Shown here: positions 28,100 through 38,010 of the stretch, one piece after another
How positions within the stretch are numbered: the first letter of the stretch is position 1
Layout: the number at the start of each line of letters is the position of its first letter
Assembly: GCA_027031495.1 (NCBI GenBank)
Contig: JALVQA010000013.1
Coordinates: 5,714-69,713 of the forward strand
Reading direction: 5' to 3'
From: Candidatus Moraniibacteriota bacterium
Lineage (GTDB): Bacteria > Patescibacteriota > Minisyncoccia > Moranbacterales > GCA-2747515
DNA: 64,000 nucleotides
The notes under the pieces: generated by a model
What the model was told of the DNA's origin: nothing
Seen by the model: the letters and a program-made list of their open reading frames with translations, nothing else
Databases searched by the model: none
Position numbers and translations under genes: made by a program

Positions 28100-28654
28100 T
28101 TACTTATCATTTTCGCCCGTAAATACACGATACGCCTCGCGTAGTATGCATGCATCAGCAAGAGCATCATGCTTTGCAAATGCATCAACATCAATACCAA
28201 GCTCACTGAGAAATGCATCACGGTGCGCTGCGCTATGCTTCTCTGGATCAATGCCCAGCGCAAAAAGCATGCTGGCAAAATCTAAAATAATCCGGTGCGT
28301 CAACTCGTCCTCGTAACCAAAAAGTTTATACCAATGATATGAATCATACTTGTACACAAACGTCATTAGATACGGTGTGTGACTCCCGTAGTGTTTTTTT
28401 ATAAATGCGGCAATTTCTGTACGCGCTTGCGCCATACTTATTTTTGGTCCCGTTAGCGTTGTCAGTATATGCTCCTTCACAAAATCACTTGCCTGCGCAA
28501 GCACATCGTCACTTTGTTGAATTTCGCAATAATACTTTTCGCCGGAAAGCGTGACGGCACCAAAAGAGAGAAGAGCGCTCTTTTCGTATTCAAGCGAGGT
28601 GAATTCTGCATCAAAAAAGAGAATTTTATCTGAAAACGGTACGATTTTTCTCAT
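28100..28654 (-). CDS. DEDDh-family 3'-5' exonuclease (oligoribonuclease / DnaQ-like)
   Basis: 184 aa with exo motifs FFDAEFT (Exo I, DxE) and HDALADA (Exo III, H-x4-D). Confidence 0.7.
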   Translation of the reverse strand: MRKIVPFSDKILFFDAEFTSLEYEKSALLSFGAVTLSGEKYYCEIQQSDDVLAQASDFVKEHILTTLTGPKISMAQARTEIAAFIKKHYGSHTPYLMTFVYKYDSYHWYKLFGYEDELTHRIILDFASMLFALGIDPEKHSAAHRDAFLSELGIDVDAFAKHDALADACILREAYRVFTGENDK

Positions 28655-28735
28655 TACATGTATTGTTATGTGATAGTATCATTGTATCACGAAAAATGTG
28701 CTATAGTAAACAAAGAATATTATTATGAAAATTCT

Positions 28736-29485
28736 ATGCTTTCTCTCAAAAATTTCAGTGTATCAGTTGGTGATAAAGAAATTCTCCATAATCTTTCTGT
28801 CGTATTTCATCCCGGAAAAATCTATGCCATTATGGGTCCGAACGGCTCAGGCAAATCAACGCTTGCACGTGCTATTATGGGTGACCCTTCCTTTCATATT
28901 GGCACAGACGCTCTCATGACACTAACATGCGAGAACACAACACATGATCTCAAAGAGCTAAGCACCGACAAACGTGCGCGTCTCGGCATCTTTCTCTCGC
29001 AACAGTCACCGCCAACCATTGATGGCGTTACCGTACGCGATGTACTGCGCGCGTCACTTATGGATGTACGCAAAAAGGCCGGCCACAGTGCCCTTGACCT
29101 TAAAAAGGAGATTGAAAAAACGGCGCGCACACTTGCCATTCCGGTAGAGCTTCTTGATCGGTCACTCAATGACGGTTTCAGTGGTGGCGAGCGTAAAAAA
29201 ATGGAAGTCTTGCAAATGGCACTCCTTGATCCGCACCATATTATTTTGGATGAGATTGATACCGGCGTGGATGTGGATGCGCTCAAAACTATTGCCACAT
29301 TTCTTGCAGATTATATCAAGGATACCACAAAAACACTGATCATCATTACACATTCAACACGCATTCTTCACCACCTTCCACCGGAACAGACAATCATCCT
29401 TCGCAACGGACAGATTGTCGCTACAGGTGATATAACGCTCGCACAGCGCATTGAAGAACATGGCTTTGATGTTATTGCTAGTTAG
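28736..29485 (+). CDS. sufC: Fe-S cluster assembly ATPase SufC
   Basis: 249 aa from the internal ATG, with Walker A GPNGSGKST and an ABC signature FSGGERKK. Confidence 0.95.
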   Translation: MLSLKNFSVSVGDKEILHNLSVVFHPGKIYAIMGPNGSGKSTLARAIMGDPSFHIGTDALMTLTCENTTHDLKELSTDKRARLGIFLSQQSPPTIDGVTVRDVLRASLMDVRKKAGHSALDLKKEIEKTARTLAIPVELLDRSLNDGFSGGERKKMEVLQMALLDPHHIILDEIDTGVDVDALKTIATFLADYIKDTTKTLIIITHSTRILHHLPPEQTIILRNGQIVATGDITLAQRIEEHGFDVIAS

Positions 29486-29494
29486 GCCTCGTTT

Positions 29495-30895
29495 ATGAAT
29501 AACCCATCACGACACAATCAGATCACAGCAAAGCATGACTTTTCCATGCCGGAGGTGTTTGTGGCGAAAACCGAGCGCGGCTTAGATGAGAATGTCGTCG
29601 CAAAAATTAGCGCACTCAAGAAAGAACCGGCGTGGATGCGTGAGCGTCGCATTGCCGCATACAAAATGTTTAAACAGAAAAAGCTTCCAACATGGGGTGC
29701 CGACCTTTCCGGCATCAAATTTGACGATATCATCTATTACTTGCGCGCCACGGATGAACGGAAACACTCCTGGGACGAACTGCCACCGGAAGTCAAAGAG
29801 ACCTATGACCGCATCGGTGTCCCGGCGCATGAAAAAGAGTGGCTCGCCGGTGTAAGCGCCCAGTACGAAAGCGAAGTTGTCTATGAGAACATCACCAAGG
29901 AACTTGCTAAGCAGGGTGTGATTTTTTGTGACATGGATACAGCTGTCAAAAAATATTCCTCACTCGTCAAAAAATACTTTGGTACACTCGTCCCTGATAG
30001 CGATAACACTTTTGCTGCGCTCAATGGTGCGGTCTGGAGCGGTGGCTCTTTTGTCTACGTGCCAAAAGGCGTAAAAGTTACCATGCCGCTACAGGCATAC
30101 TTTCGCATCAACACGGAACGCTTCGGACAGTTTGAGCGCACCATCATCATCGCTGATGAAGGCGCAGATGTGCACTATATGGAGGGCTGCACTGCGCCGA
30201 CGTATGGGAATGCGTCGCTACACGCTGCCGTCGTGGAGGTTTTCGCTCTTAAGAACGCACGCGTGCGTTATACAACTGTGCAAAACTGGAGTACAAATAT
30301 TTACAACCTCGTGACTAAACGCGCACAAGCGGCAGAGAATGCAACTGTCACGTGGGTTGACTGTAACCTCGGCAGCGGTGTAACGATGAAGTACCCGGCG
30401 GTATATCTCATTGGCAAACGTGCGCGTGGCGAGGTTCTCTCTATTGCACTGGCCGGCAAGGAGCAACATCAAGACGCCGGTGCCAAGATGATCCATCTCG
30501 CACCACATACCAGAAGCCGTATTATTTCTAAATCCATCTCTAAGGATGGCGGACGCAGTAGCTATCGCGGACGCGTTTTTATCGCCAACGGTGCAAAGTA
30601 CGCAAAAAACTACGTTCAGTGTGATGCGCTTCTTCTTGATGACCGCTCTCGTTCCGATACATACCCAACAATAGCTGTCCATGAAAAAACGGCGCATGTT
30701 GAGCATGAAGCAAGTGTTGCAACGATTGACAAAGAAAAGCTCTTCTACCTTGTCTCACGCGGTCTCTCAGAAACACACGCGCGCGGCCTCATTGTCAATG
30801 GCTTTATTGATACGGTCGCCAAAGAAATTCCTTTTGAATACGCTGTTGAACTCTACCGCCTCATTAACCTTGAGATGGAGAAAAGTATTGGCTAA
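29495..30895 (+). CDS. sufB: Fe-S cluster assembly protein SufB
   Basis: 466 aa with a SufB-type N-terminus (GLDENVVAKIS ... EPAWMRERR) and a SufBD beta-helix domain. Confidence 0.9.
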   Translation: MNNPSRHNQITAKHDFSMPEVFVAKTERGLDENVVAKISALKKEPAWMRERRIAAYKMFKQKKLPTWGADLSGIKFDDIIYYLRATDERKHSWDELPPEVKETYDRIGVPAHEKEWLAGVSAQYESEVVYENITKELAKQGVIFCDMDTAVKKYSSLVKKYFGTLVPDSDNTFAALNGAVWSGGSFVYVPKGVKVTMPLQAYFRINTERFGQFERTIIIADEGADVHYMEGCTAPTYGNASLHAAVVEVFALKNARVRYTTVQNWSTNIYNLVTKRAQAAENATVTWVDCNLGSGVTMKYPAVYLIGKRARGEVLSIALAGKEQHQDAGAKMIHLAPHTRSRIISKSISKDGGRSSYRGRVFIANGAKYAKNYVQCDALLLDDRSRSDTYPTIAVHEKTAHVEHEASVATIDKEKLFYLVSRGLSETHARGLIVNGFIDTVAKEIPFEYAVELYRLINLEMEKSIG

Positions 30896-30925
30896 TCTTG
30901 TAATTTTTGCATTATACATCTTACT

Positions 30926-32422
30926 ATGGAAAGGAAAACACCAACACACCAATCACATGACAAAAAATCTGATATACCACGCCTTGAGGATACTATCTTT
31001 AAAAAAGAAGATGCGCTGAAGCTTCTTCGCAGTGGGAGCAAAGAAACACACGCGACAAAACAAAGAGATACAGAAAAAGAGATGTATATTGCATCACCTA
31101 CAGAGAATACTCGCAAACGTAGGCGCTCAACCATTATGTCATCAACGCTTAACGCACCGCCACGACGCCGCCAACCACACACAATAAAGAAACATGGCAC
31201 TGTTGTCTCATCAGCACGTTATGGCTTTAATGTAAATGCCTCTGACCAAAGAGCGCGACAAGTACGGGAAGAGATATCTTTACCAAAAGCAAAAGAACAC
31301 GATGAGATACAACAGCATGAAAGAAATGTTGGACGCATTACTAATGAAAAAGTGGAAAATCCAAAACGTCGCGCCTTTTTAAAGAAAACTCTTTACTTTG
31401 GGGGTGGTTTTGCGACTGGTTTACTTGGTGGCTACAAAACACTTGAGACACTTTCTCGAAAAAAAGAACACGAAAAGCGCGAAAAGCGCGAGGCGTCACA
31501 TCCGATTGAATGGTATATTGAAAATGGGAAGATTCCAACCGCAGAGGACGGTCCTCGCCTTGCACAAGCAGCATATGAGCGTCAACTACATCATCTATTA
31601 AGTTATGATGAACGCAACGAAGCTGATGATTTTAAGGCGGCAGTGTATCGTATAGCTGCTGCACAGCCGGAAAGAATTGCGGCCACTTTTGCAGAGAGGG
31701 GGTTTTCTATGAAAGTAGCATTTGGCCTTCCTATTCAGGAGTCGTTTTTCAGAACCGGTATACGGTCGCGATCAGATGCGCTCGGTCCGTATCAGATCAA
31801 AGAGCGCACAGCGCGCGCAATTATTCACCAAGATCCGGATCTTGAAGATTATGCCGCTCTCTCACGCGCAACACTGCGCAAAGAGCTCCTCAATAACCCT
31901 CTCCTTAGCGCAAAAATTTCCGCCGCAATTCTTGCCGCAGAAAAAGAAGCTTATCAAGACGAAAAACTTGCATTGACCGCATATAACACAGGACGCTCCC
32001 TTGGTGGCGTACGAGAAGAGCTTATCAAAAGAAAACTGCCTTTCACTTATGAAAATTTCACAAAGATCATAGCGGAAAGAATTGCAAATGTTATGCAACA
32101 AGAGTACGCGCATGGTTTTTACACAATCAAACGTGGCGATACATTTACACACCTCCACCGCATTTTTCCACAATACTCAAAAGAAAAACTTTTGGAGATG
32201 GTTGGTGGTTCCGTTAATCTCATTGCCGGCGCACAAACAAAAATACCCCTTTCGCAACACATGATCGCAAAGCGCATCAAAGAAAAAGTGAAAAAAGATA
32301 TTGAAATGCTGGAATATGCCGCAAAAGTACGCGCCGCCGGCGATGCACTTGACTATACGCCGCTTTTTCAGGTTGCAAGAGAATTTGCTGAAGAATCAGG
32401 TATAAATATTGCACTAAATTAA
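30926..32422 (+). CDS. Lytic transglycosylase (SLT)-like domain protein with a LysM domain, a long charged N-terminal region and an RR-motif/hydrophobic segment
   Basis: 498 aa; RRAFLKKTLYFGGGFATGLLGG (Tat-like or signal anchor) near aa 150; SLT-like ESFFRTGIRSRSDALGPYQI; LysM (YTIKRGDTFTHLHRIF ... KIPL). Confidence 0.65.
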   Translation: MERKTPTHQSHDKKSDIPRLEDTIFKKEDALKLLRSGSKETHATKQRDTEKEMYIASPTENTRKRRRSTIMSSTLNAPPRRRQPHTIKKHGTVVSSARYGFNVNASDQRARQVREEISLPKAKEHDEIQQHERNVGRITNEKVENPKRRAFLKKTLYFGGGFATGLLGGYKTLETLSRKKEHEKREKREASHPIEWYIENGKIPTAEDGPRLAQAAYERQLHHLLSYDERNEADDFKAAVYRIAAAQPERIAATFAERGFSMKVAFGLPIQESFFRTGIRSRSDALGPYQIKERTARAIIHQDPDLEDYAALSRATLRKELLNNPLLSAKISAAILAAEKEAYQDEKLALTAYNTGRSLGGVREELIKRKLPFTYENFTKIIAERIANVMQQEYAHGFYTIKRGDTFTHLHRIFPQYSKEKLLEMVGGSVNLIAGAQTKIPLSQHMIAKRIKEKVKKDIEMLEYAAKVRAAGDALDYTPLFQVAREFAEESGINIALN

Positions 32423-32445
32423 GAAATGCCTATCGGGAAAAAACC

Positions 32446-32994
32446 ATGACATTACACGACATCACAACTGAAAATAACACAACGTATACCATTACCAGTG
32501 GTGGCACGCACATATTCTACTTTACAAATAAAAGTGAAACTTTGACCTTCCGGATTAAGCATTCTGAGGCACGTGTATACATCTTTGGGTCTTATGATAT
32601 GTCAGACACTCAGAAATGCACGCTTTCAACAATACAACACCACACTGTTCGTGGCGCACAAAGTCACGTACTTATCAAAAGCGTACTGCGTGATAGCGCA
32701 CGCCTCGTATACAACGGTATGATTCGCGTCGATGCTTCCGCAGGTAAAACACGCGCAACACTCGCGCATCATTCACTTCTGTTAAGTAATGACATATTTG
32801 TTAGAACATCGCCACAACTGGAGGTATTGCCATCAACCGTTTCGTGTACACATGCCGCAACAATTACCATGCCAAATCCACTGCATGTATACTATCTGAT
32901 GAGTCGCGGTATAGCAGAAAAAAAAGCGCATGCCATTATCGCAGAAGAATTCCTCAATGAACTTAAACAAAAAATTACAGAATACGCTACATAA
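32446..32994 (+). CDS. Short SufD-like (SufBD-domain) protein
   Basis: 182 aa resembling the C-terminal beta-helix and terminal domain of SufD; lies downstream of sufCB but is separated from them by the SLT/LysM gene. Confidence 0.6.
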   Translation: MTLHDITTENNTTYTITSGGTHIFYFTNKSETLTFRIKHSEARVYIFGSYDMSDTQKCTLSTIQHHTVRGAQSHVLIKSVLRDSARLVYNGMIRVDASAGKTRATLAHHSLLLSNDIFVRTSPQLEVLPSTVSCTHAATITMPNPLHVYYLMSRGIAEKKAHAIIAEEFLNELKQKITEYAT

Positions 32995-32998
32995 AAAA

Positions 32999-33024
32999 AG
33001 CCCTGCATATGCAGGGCTTTTATT
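32999..33024. terminator. Bidirectional intrinsic terminator
   Basis: agccctgcatatgcagggct (perfect 8-bp stem around a CATATG loop) flanked by an A-run upstream and TTTATT downstream; it sits between convergent genes. Confidence 0.6.
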
Positions 33025-33045
33025 CTCTCTCGTCGCATCTACGTA

Positions 33046-34314
33046 CTAGCGAACCGTTACCCTCACAACTCTATCGGCCTTGTTGCCCGCCTTGTCGTAG
33101 GCGCGTACCTCAAGTTTGTATGTACCGCGCGGTGTATGTGCCGGAACAACAAAATATGCATTGCGTGTTTTCACCTTTTTGCCACGCCAGAAATAGCGGT
33201 AGCGTTTTATTTTGTGATTATCCGTCACCTTCCACCAAATTCGCTGCCCGGGACGTTTTGTGAGTTTTCGCGGCAGATCCGTAAATACCGGCTTCTCTGT
33301 ATCCACAAAGATTTTATATGCACCCTTTGTATCTATTTTATTGCCATGTTTGTCGTAGAACCTAAACGTTAATTTATACGACCTTCCATTACGGAATGCG
33401 ATTGTTCCACTCCACTTACCGGTTGCATTTGAGATTGTTGTTTCGCCAATTTTTTCCTTCTTGTTATAGATTTTTACCTTACCGCCTTTAAGATATTCGT
33501 TTGTGCCACTAAATGTTACATGACGCTTTGTGATGTACGTTGTATGATGCTTTGATAATTTAACTTTTTTCTTCTGATTGCTAATTTTTGTTCGCGGTCG
33601 CTCAGCTTCTATATTTGTATTGATACTATATCCCGTTTCGGTTGCTGTTGCACTGCCACCAACATTGTCCACTGCGCGTATTACAAGAGAGCCCTTTCCA
33701 TCAATCGACATTGTGCACGTTACTTTTGTGCTACTTACCTGCGTACAGGAAAAGTCTGTCACTGTTACAGTCGTATCACTGTCCACTGTAACATTTGCTG
33801 CCGCAATAGCCGTATCGTCAGTTACCGTCACAGTTGTGTCCGTAATTGCGACCGTATCCTCCTTTGTGTCCGCATCGATGGTTATAACGGGTGGACGAAC
33901 GATTGTATAACTTTCCGATGTACCAACCGCGTCATCGTAATCATTGCCGGCAAGGTCCTCAATATTATCAACTGCCGTGCGCACGACAAGCGACAATATA
34001 CCGTCCGCCGTTTCCACCTCAACATCGTAAATGCTTTGAGAAATTTCGGTCACACTTTTGATACTGCTCTTTGTAGCGCCTGTGCCTGCAAGTGCAAAGT
34101 CACCGCTACTTACATTCATCACAGCCTCACTGAATGTTATACGAAACGTTACAGTCTCTGCATCTGTTGTTGCGGATGTCGGTGATTGCCGAACAATGCT
34201 CGTGATCGTTGGCGCTGTTGTATCAGCGGCATATGCACTTCCCGTACCACCAAGCAAGCACATTGTCACAAGAAGACCGATGCTTCTGATAAGAATGTTT
34301 TTTCGTACAAACAT
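33046..34314 (-). CDS. Secreted/surface protein with Ig-like repeats, hypothetical
   Basis: 423 aa from the internal Met (MFVRKNILIRSIGLLVTMCLLGGTGSAYA signal peptide; the ORF track extends to 34368). It has a T/V-rich beta-rich repeat region and a basic C-terminal repeat region. Confidence 0.55.
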   Translation of the reverse strand: MFVRKNILIRSIGLLVTMCLLGGTGSAYAADTTAPTITSIVRQSPTSATTDAETVTFRITFSEAVMNVSSGDFALAGTGATKSSIKSVTEISQSIYDVEVETADGILSLVVRTAVDNIEDLAGNDYDDAVGTSESYTIVRPPVITIDADTKEDTVAITDTTVTVTDDTAIAAANVTVDSDTTVTVTDFSCTQVSSTKVTCTMSIDGKGSLVIRAVDNVGGSATATETGYSINTNIEAERPRTKISNQKKKVKLSKHHTTYITKRHVTFSGTNEYLKGGKVKIYNKKEKIGETTISNATGKWSGTIAFRNGRSYKLTFRFYDKHGNKIDTKGAYKIFVDTEKPVFTDLPRKLTKRPGQRIWWKVTDNHKIKRYRYFWRGKKVKTRNAYFVVPAHTPRGTYKLEVRAYDKAGNKADRVVRVTVR

Positions 34315-34383
34315 AATATTATGCTGAAAATAATAAAGGTTGTATACTGTATTCTTAAAGTATAACACATAATAATATACTAT

Positions 34384-35178
34384 TTATTGCAATTTGTCAA
34401 TGTTGCAAACACTATCCTCTCCAAAATCACCAGCAAGAAAACGTGCACGCTGTTGTTGTGGCATGCGTTCAATAGCATAACGAAGCATCGTGCGAGGCAT
34501 ATACTGGTAATTGCGCTCTATAAATGCTTCAACACACTCTTGTGCGCGCGTGCCAGCGTCTGCGTGCTTTTTATTCTCGCCTACTTTCCAGCACTCGCGC
34601 AGCATCCATCCGACCGCTTTGTGAATAAGATCCTCTGTATCCGAAAGAAGATGCTGTGCAAGACTAAGTGTTACACGCACATCTCCCTCTTTAATAAATG
34701 CCCATGACGCGACAATACCAATGCGCCGCTCCCACAAGAGTGGCGACTTTACCAAACGCGTAAGAAGTGCGCGTTCTTTGAGGCTATCATAGACTGCATA
34801 ACCAACAAGTTGCCGTGCCGAGACATCCACCAAATCCCAACTATTAACCCATTGTGTGTTTTTCAAGTAGAAATCGACGCATGCACGCTGGTGTTTGCGA
34901 TCACCTCTTTGTCGCGCGCGCATACTCTGCATAACAACTATAATAATTGCAAGAAGGCGTTCTTCATGTATTGCAGAATGAAGCAAGTGCTCCACATCAT
35001 CTAGAGACATGTTCACATACTGGCGCGCTACACGTCGTACATCAGGTACACGTACACCGATAAATTGATCACCCTCGCCATAGCATCCCTTTCCCGTTTT
35101 GAAAAAACGCTCATTAATTGCTTTACGTTCTTTGTTGACATAAGAATGCAAGAGTCGCCGCACAGAAGAAACATCCAT
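34384..35178 (-). CDS. DNA alkylation repair protein (AlkD/AlkC-like HEAT-repeat glycosylase family)
   Basis: 264 aa, all-helical, with a pattern similar to the DNA_alkylation family (WVNSWDLVD ... WERRIGIVASW). Confidence 0.7.
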   Translation of the reverse strand: MDVSSVRRLLHSYVNKERKAINERFFKTGKGCYGEGDQFIGVRVPDVRRVARQYVNMSLDDVEHLLHSAIHEERLLAIIIVVMQSMRARQRGDRKHQRACVDFYLKNTQWVNSWDLVDVSARQLVGYAVYDSLKERALLTRLVKSPLLWERRIGIVASWAFIKEGDVRVTLSLAQHLLSDTEDLIHKAVGWMLRECWKVGENKKHADAGTRAQECVEAFIERNYQYMPRTMLRYAIERMPQQQRARFLAGDFGEDSVCNIDKLQ

Positions 35179-35198
35179 AAACTTTTAAGAATTATTAG

Positions 35199-36215
35199 TC
35201 ATTTTTTTCCTCTATCCAATGCGCGCGTAATAAGGTGTGTAATAAACGCTGTATACGACACACCGATCGCTGCAAGTGCTTGTGGCACAAAAGACGTCGG
35301 CGTCATGCCCGGCAGTGTATTAACTTCAAGAAAGACAATAGTACCATCATCACCAACAATAAAGTCACTGCGTGAGTAATCGCGCAAACCAAGTGTTGCA
35401 TGTATCGTTATCGCCGCATTAGCGATAGCACGCCTCGTCTGTGCATCTACTCTTGCAGGACATATCTCTCGTGTTTTACCGCTGTATTTTGCATCATAAT
35501 CAAAGAACGGCTGATTTTCATCAAGTACAACTTCTACAAGTGGCAATGCTTGGATATCTTTACCATTTAGCCCTTCCACTACAGCGCATGTTACTTCACG
35601 ACCAGCGCTATAGCGCTCAATAACAGCATCATCTCCATCATCCACAACCACACTAATAGCATCTTCACATTTTTTAATTGTATCAGTAGTTATATCATCG
35701 CGTATAATTGTCACACCCAAAGAGGAGCCGCCATGTACCGGCTTTACCACACACGGAAAACCGACAGTATGCTTTAATGTTGTCATACACATATCTCCTT
35801 GTGTGCGCCACATATCTTGTGCGATGACGTAACGCGGTGCAACTACTACAGGGGACTTTAGCACATCGACTACTTTGGCATGTGTAAGCGCCTTACTCAT
35901 ACCAATGCGCGATGCTGCCGCACCCGTACCTACATATGGTATATTGTTTTCATCAAGAAGCGCTTGAACAGTACCATCCTCTCCATACGTGCCGTGCAGA
36001 CCAATTAATGCGACGTCAACACCATCAAGAGCCTCTTGCGGTGATGCAAACACTCTCCCATTACTTGTCCATGTGATATCTTTACGGATAACAATATCAC
36101 GCACCGCAAAACGCTCTCTATCTATATGCGAGAGCATGCCAGCACCGGTGCGCAGTGAAACGTCGTATTCACTTGATGGCCCGCCGCGCAATACGGCAAC
36201 AAGTGGCTTTGTCAT
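35199..36215 (-). CDS. ddl: D-alanine--D-alanine ligase
   Basis: 338 aa with ATP-grasp architecture and a Ddl-like N-terminus (LRGGPSSEYDVSL) and C-terminal motifs. Confidence 0.9.
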   Translation of the reverse strand: MTKPLVAVLRGGPSSEYDVSLRTGAGMLSHIDRERFAVRDIVIRKDITWTSNGRVFASPQEALDGVDVALIGLHGTYGEDGTVQALLDENNIPYVGTGAAASRIGMSKALTHAKVVDVLKSPVVVAPRYVIAQDMWRTQGDMCMTTLKHTVGFPCVVKPVHGGSSLGVTIIRDDITTDTIKKCEDAISVVVDDGDDAVIERYSAGREVTCAVVEGLNGKDIQALPLVEVVLDENQPFFDYDAKYSGKTREICPARVDAQTRRAIANAAITIHATLGLRDYSRSDFIVGDDGTIVFLEVNTLPGMTPTSFVPQALAAIGVSYTAFITHLITRALDRGKK

Positions 36216-36366
36216 AATATTCCTTGCACTTTAATTACATAATCAATAATAACCATTCACACCTTTCATAATACCATCAAAAACAAAAACTCCCCGCACC
36301 TGTATGGAGGAATTTTTGTCGCATATTACCACTTAGAACAACGAAATAAATACCGATGCTTTCTCA

Positions 36367-38004
36367 TTACTTATCTGCATCATCCTCATCAGACACTTTA
36401 CGTTCTTTGTGTGAACGTGAGCGCTTCGCCTTCTTTCCTTGTGAGGTGCGATGACGCACTGTTGTTATGTACCAAAGAAGTGCGGCAATAAGCGCTAAGA
36501 GTGCAACGACAACAAGTCTGTATACTACAAGTAGCCGAGAGTTCTGCACACTAGAAGATTGTGCACCTTGCGACGTATTTTGCTGCGTATCTGTCACCGC
36601 GCTCGTTGGTGCCGTATGTACAGCACTGTCCTCGGATGACGAACGTGTAGATACGTCATTGGACGCAGACGCATCGCTTCCACCATTGCTATGCGTTACA
36701 TTCTGTTCATTCTCTGTGCTACTACCTGATTCTTCAATAATAAAAGCATGCTCCTCCGTTTGTAACACTTGCTCACCATCACGATATCCAACGAGATACC
36801 ACCGATACCATCGTCCCGGTGTCAACAGCGCACGTGAGAGTGTGTAGCGATCTGCTTCCTTATCCACTTCCGTATCAAAGAACACAACACCTGTCATGTT
36901 TTTCATTGCGAGAACAACTTTATCGAGATGCTCCGTGCCAGCTGCCTGCCAACGAAATGTTGGTGTTACACTATTGATGTGCTCTCCATCCATTGGTGAT
37001 AGCGGCACCAGCTGTACAGTTGATGCCGTCTCATCAGCACTGTCAACGTTATCACTGGCAGTGCTAGATTCATCGTCAGTATCATCACTAGAAGAATCAC
37101 TTTCTTCCTCTTCTGTTAAAGCAGAATCTTCTTCCGGAGCAACGCCATCGTCAGATGCATCAGAACTTTCATCCGCATCATCATCACCAGTTGCATCTTC
37201 GACACTGCCGACGCCCGGCACAATATCCATTATATCACCAAGAAATCTGCCAAGAGGCAATGTATTGCTGTATTCTACCGTAATATACGCTGGTGTCGTA
37301 TTATCATCAATTGCGATGAGCCAACCGGCATCTCTACGACCAAGAGAGAGGCCATTTGACAAATTGACATGCCCATCCAACCATTCTTTTATCAGTGGTG
37401 TAATATCAACAAAATGCCAGCCACTGTCAAATGTTAAAGGCGCTGATATGACATCATGACCAACAACTGAAGCCGGTTGATGTGCCCATGTTACATCAGT
37501 GCCATCACTCCATGGATGTGCGGCCGGTGCGATGCGCAAACGACCATGATCTGTCCCCATATGCGACAGTATACGAAAGTAGAGACGAGCACGCACAACA
37601 TCACTTGATGAGCGACGTTCTATGGCATCGAGATCAAACCGAACATAACTGTGCGCCAGCGTTCGCTCAGATGTGTGTGGATCTGTATAATCCGCAATAA
37701 GAATAAATGGACGCGACGCAAAACTCGTATGTTGGTGTGCAAAATCAATATACGTGCCAGCTACGCGATCTGCGCGGAAGGTTTTCGCGACAGCATCATG
37801 CGCACCAAACAAAAGCACCGCAACAATTATACTGGTGGCTGCAGCGCGTGTAACTGTTTCAATAGACATAGTCGTATGGTGTTTAATAAACAACATGCCA
37901 CTATCTCCACTTTCACGCGCCAACGATCCACAGCCCTTTTTGTCTATTGTATACCTGTTGTCAGGTACTGTCCAGGAATGCCAATGCAGTGACGATGCTT
38001 GCAA
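36367..38004 (-). CDS. Type I membrane/surface protein with an acidic Ser/Asp/Glu-rich linker and a C-terminal TM anchor, hypothetical
   Basis: 545 aa. The signal peptide probably starts at an internal Met (MLFIKHH.../MSIETV..., about 37869-37896). It also has a D/E/S-rich low-complexity stretch and a C-terminal TM helix with a basic tail. Confidence 0.55.
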   Translation of the reverse strand: MQASSLHWHSWTVPDNRYTIDKKGCGSLARESGDSGMLFIKHHTTMSIETVTRAAATSIIVAVLLFGAHDAVAKTFRADRVAGTYIDFAHQHTSFASRPFILIADYTDPHTSERTLAHSYVRFDLDAIERRSSSDVVRARLYFRILSHMGTDHGRLRIAPAAHPWSDGTDVTWAHQPASVVGHDVISAPLTFDSGWHFVDITPLIKEWLDGHVNLSNGLSLGRRDAGWLIAIDDNTTPAYITVEYSNTLPLGRFLGDIMDIVPGVGSVEDATGDDDADESSDASDDGVAPEEDSALTEEEESDSSSDDTDDESSTASDNVDSADETASTVQLVPLSPMDGEHINSVTPTFRWQAAGTEHLDKVVLAMKNMTGVVFFDTEVDKEADRYTLSRALLTPGRWYRWYLVGYRDGEQVLQTEEHAFIIEESGSSTENEQNVTHSNGGSDASASNDVSTRSSSEDSAVHTAPTSAVTDTQQNTSQGAQSSSVQNSRLLVVYRLVVVALLALIAALLWYITTVRHRTSQGKKAKRSRSHKERKVSDEDDADK

Positions 38005-38010
38005 TATACG

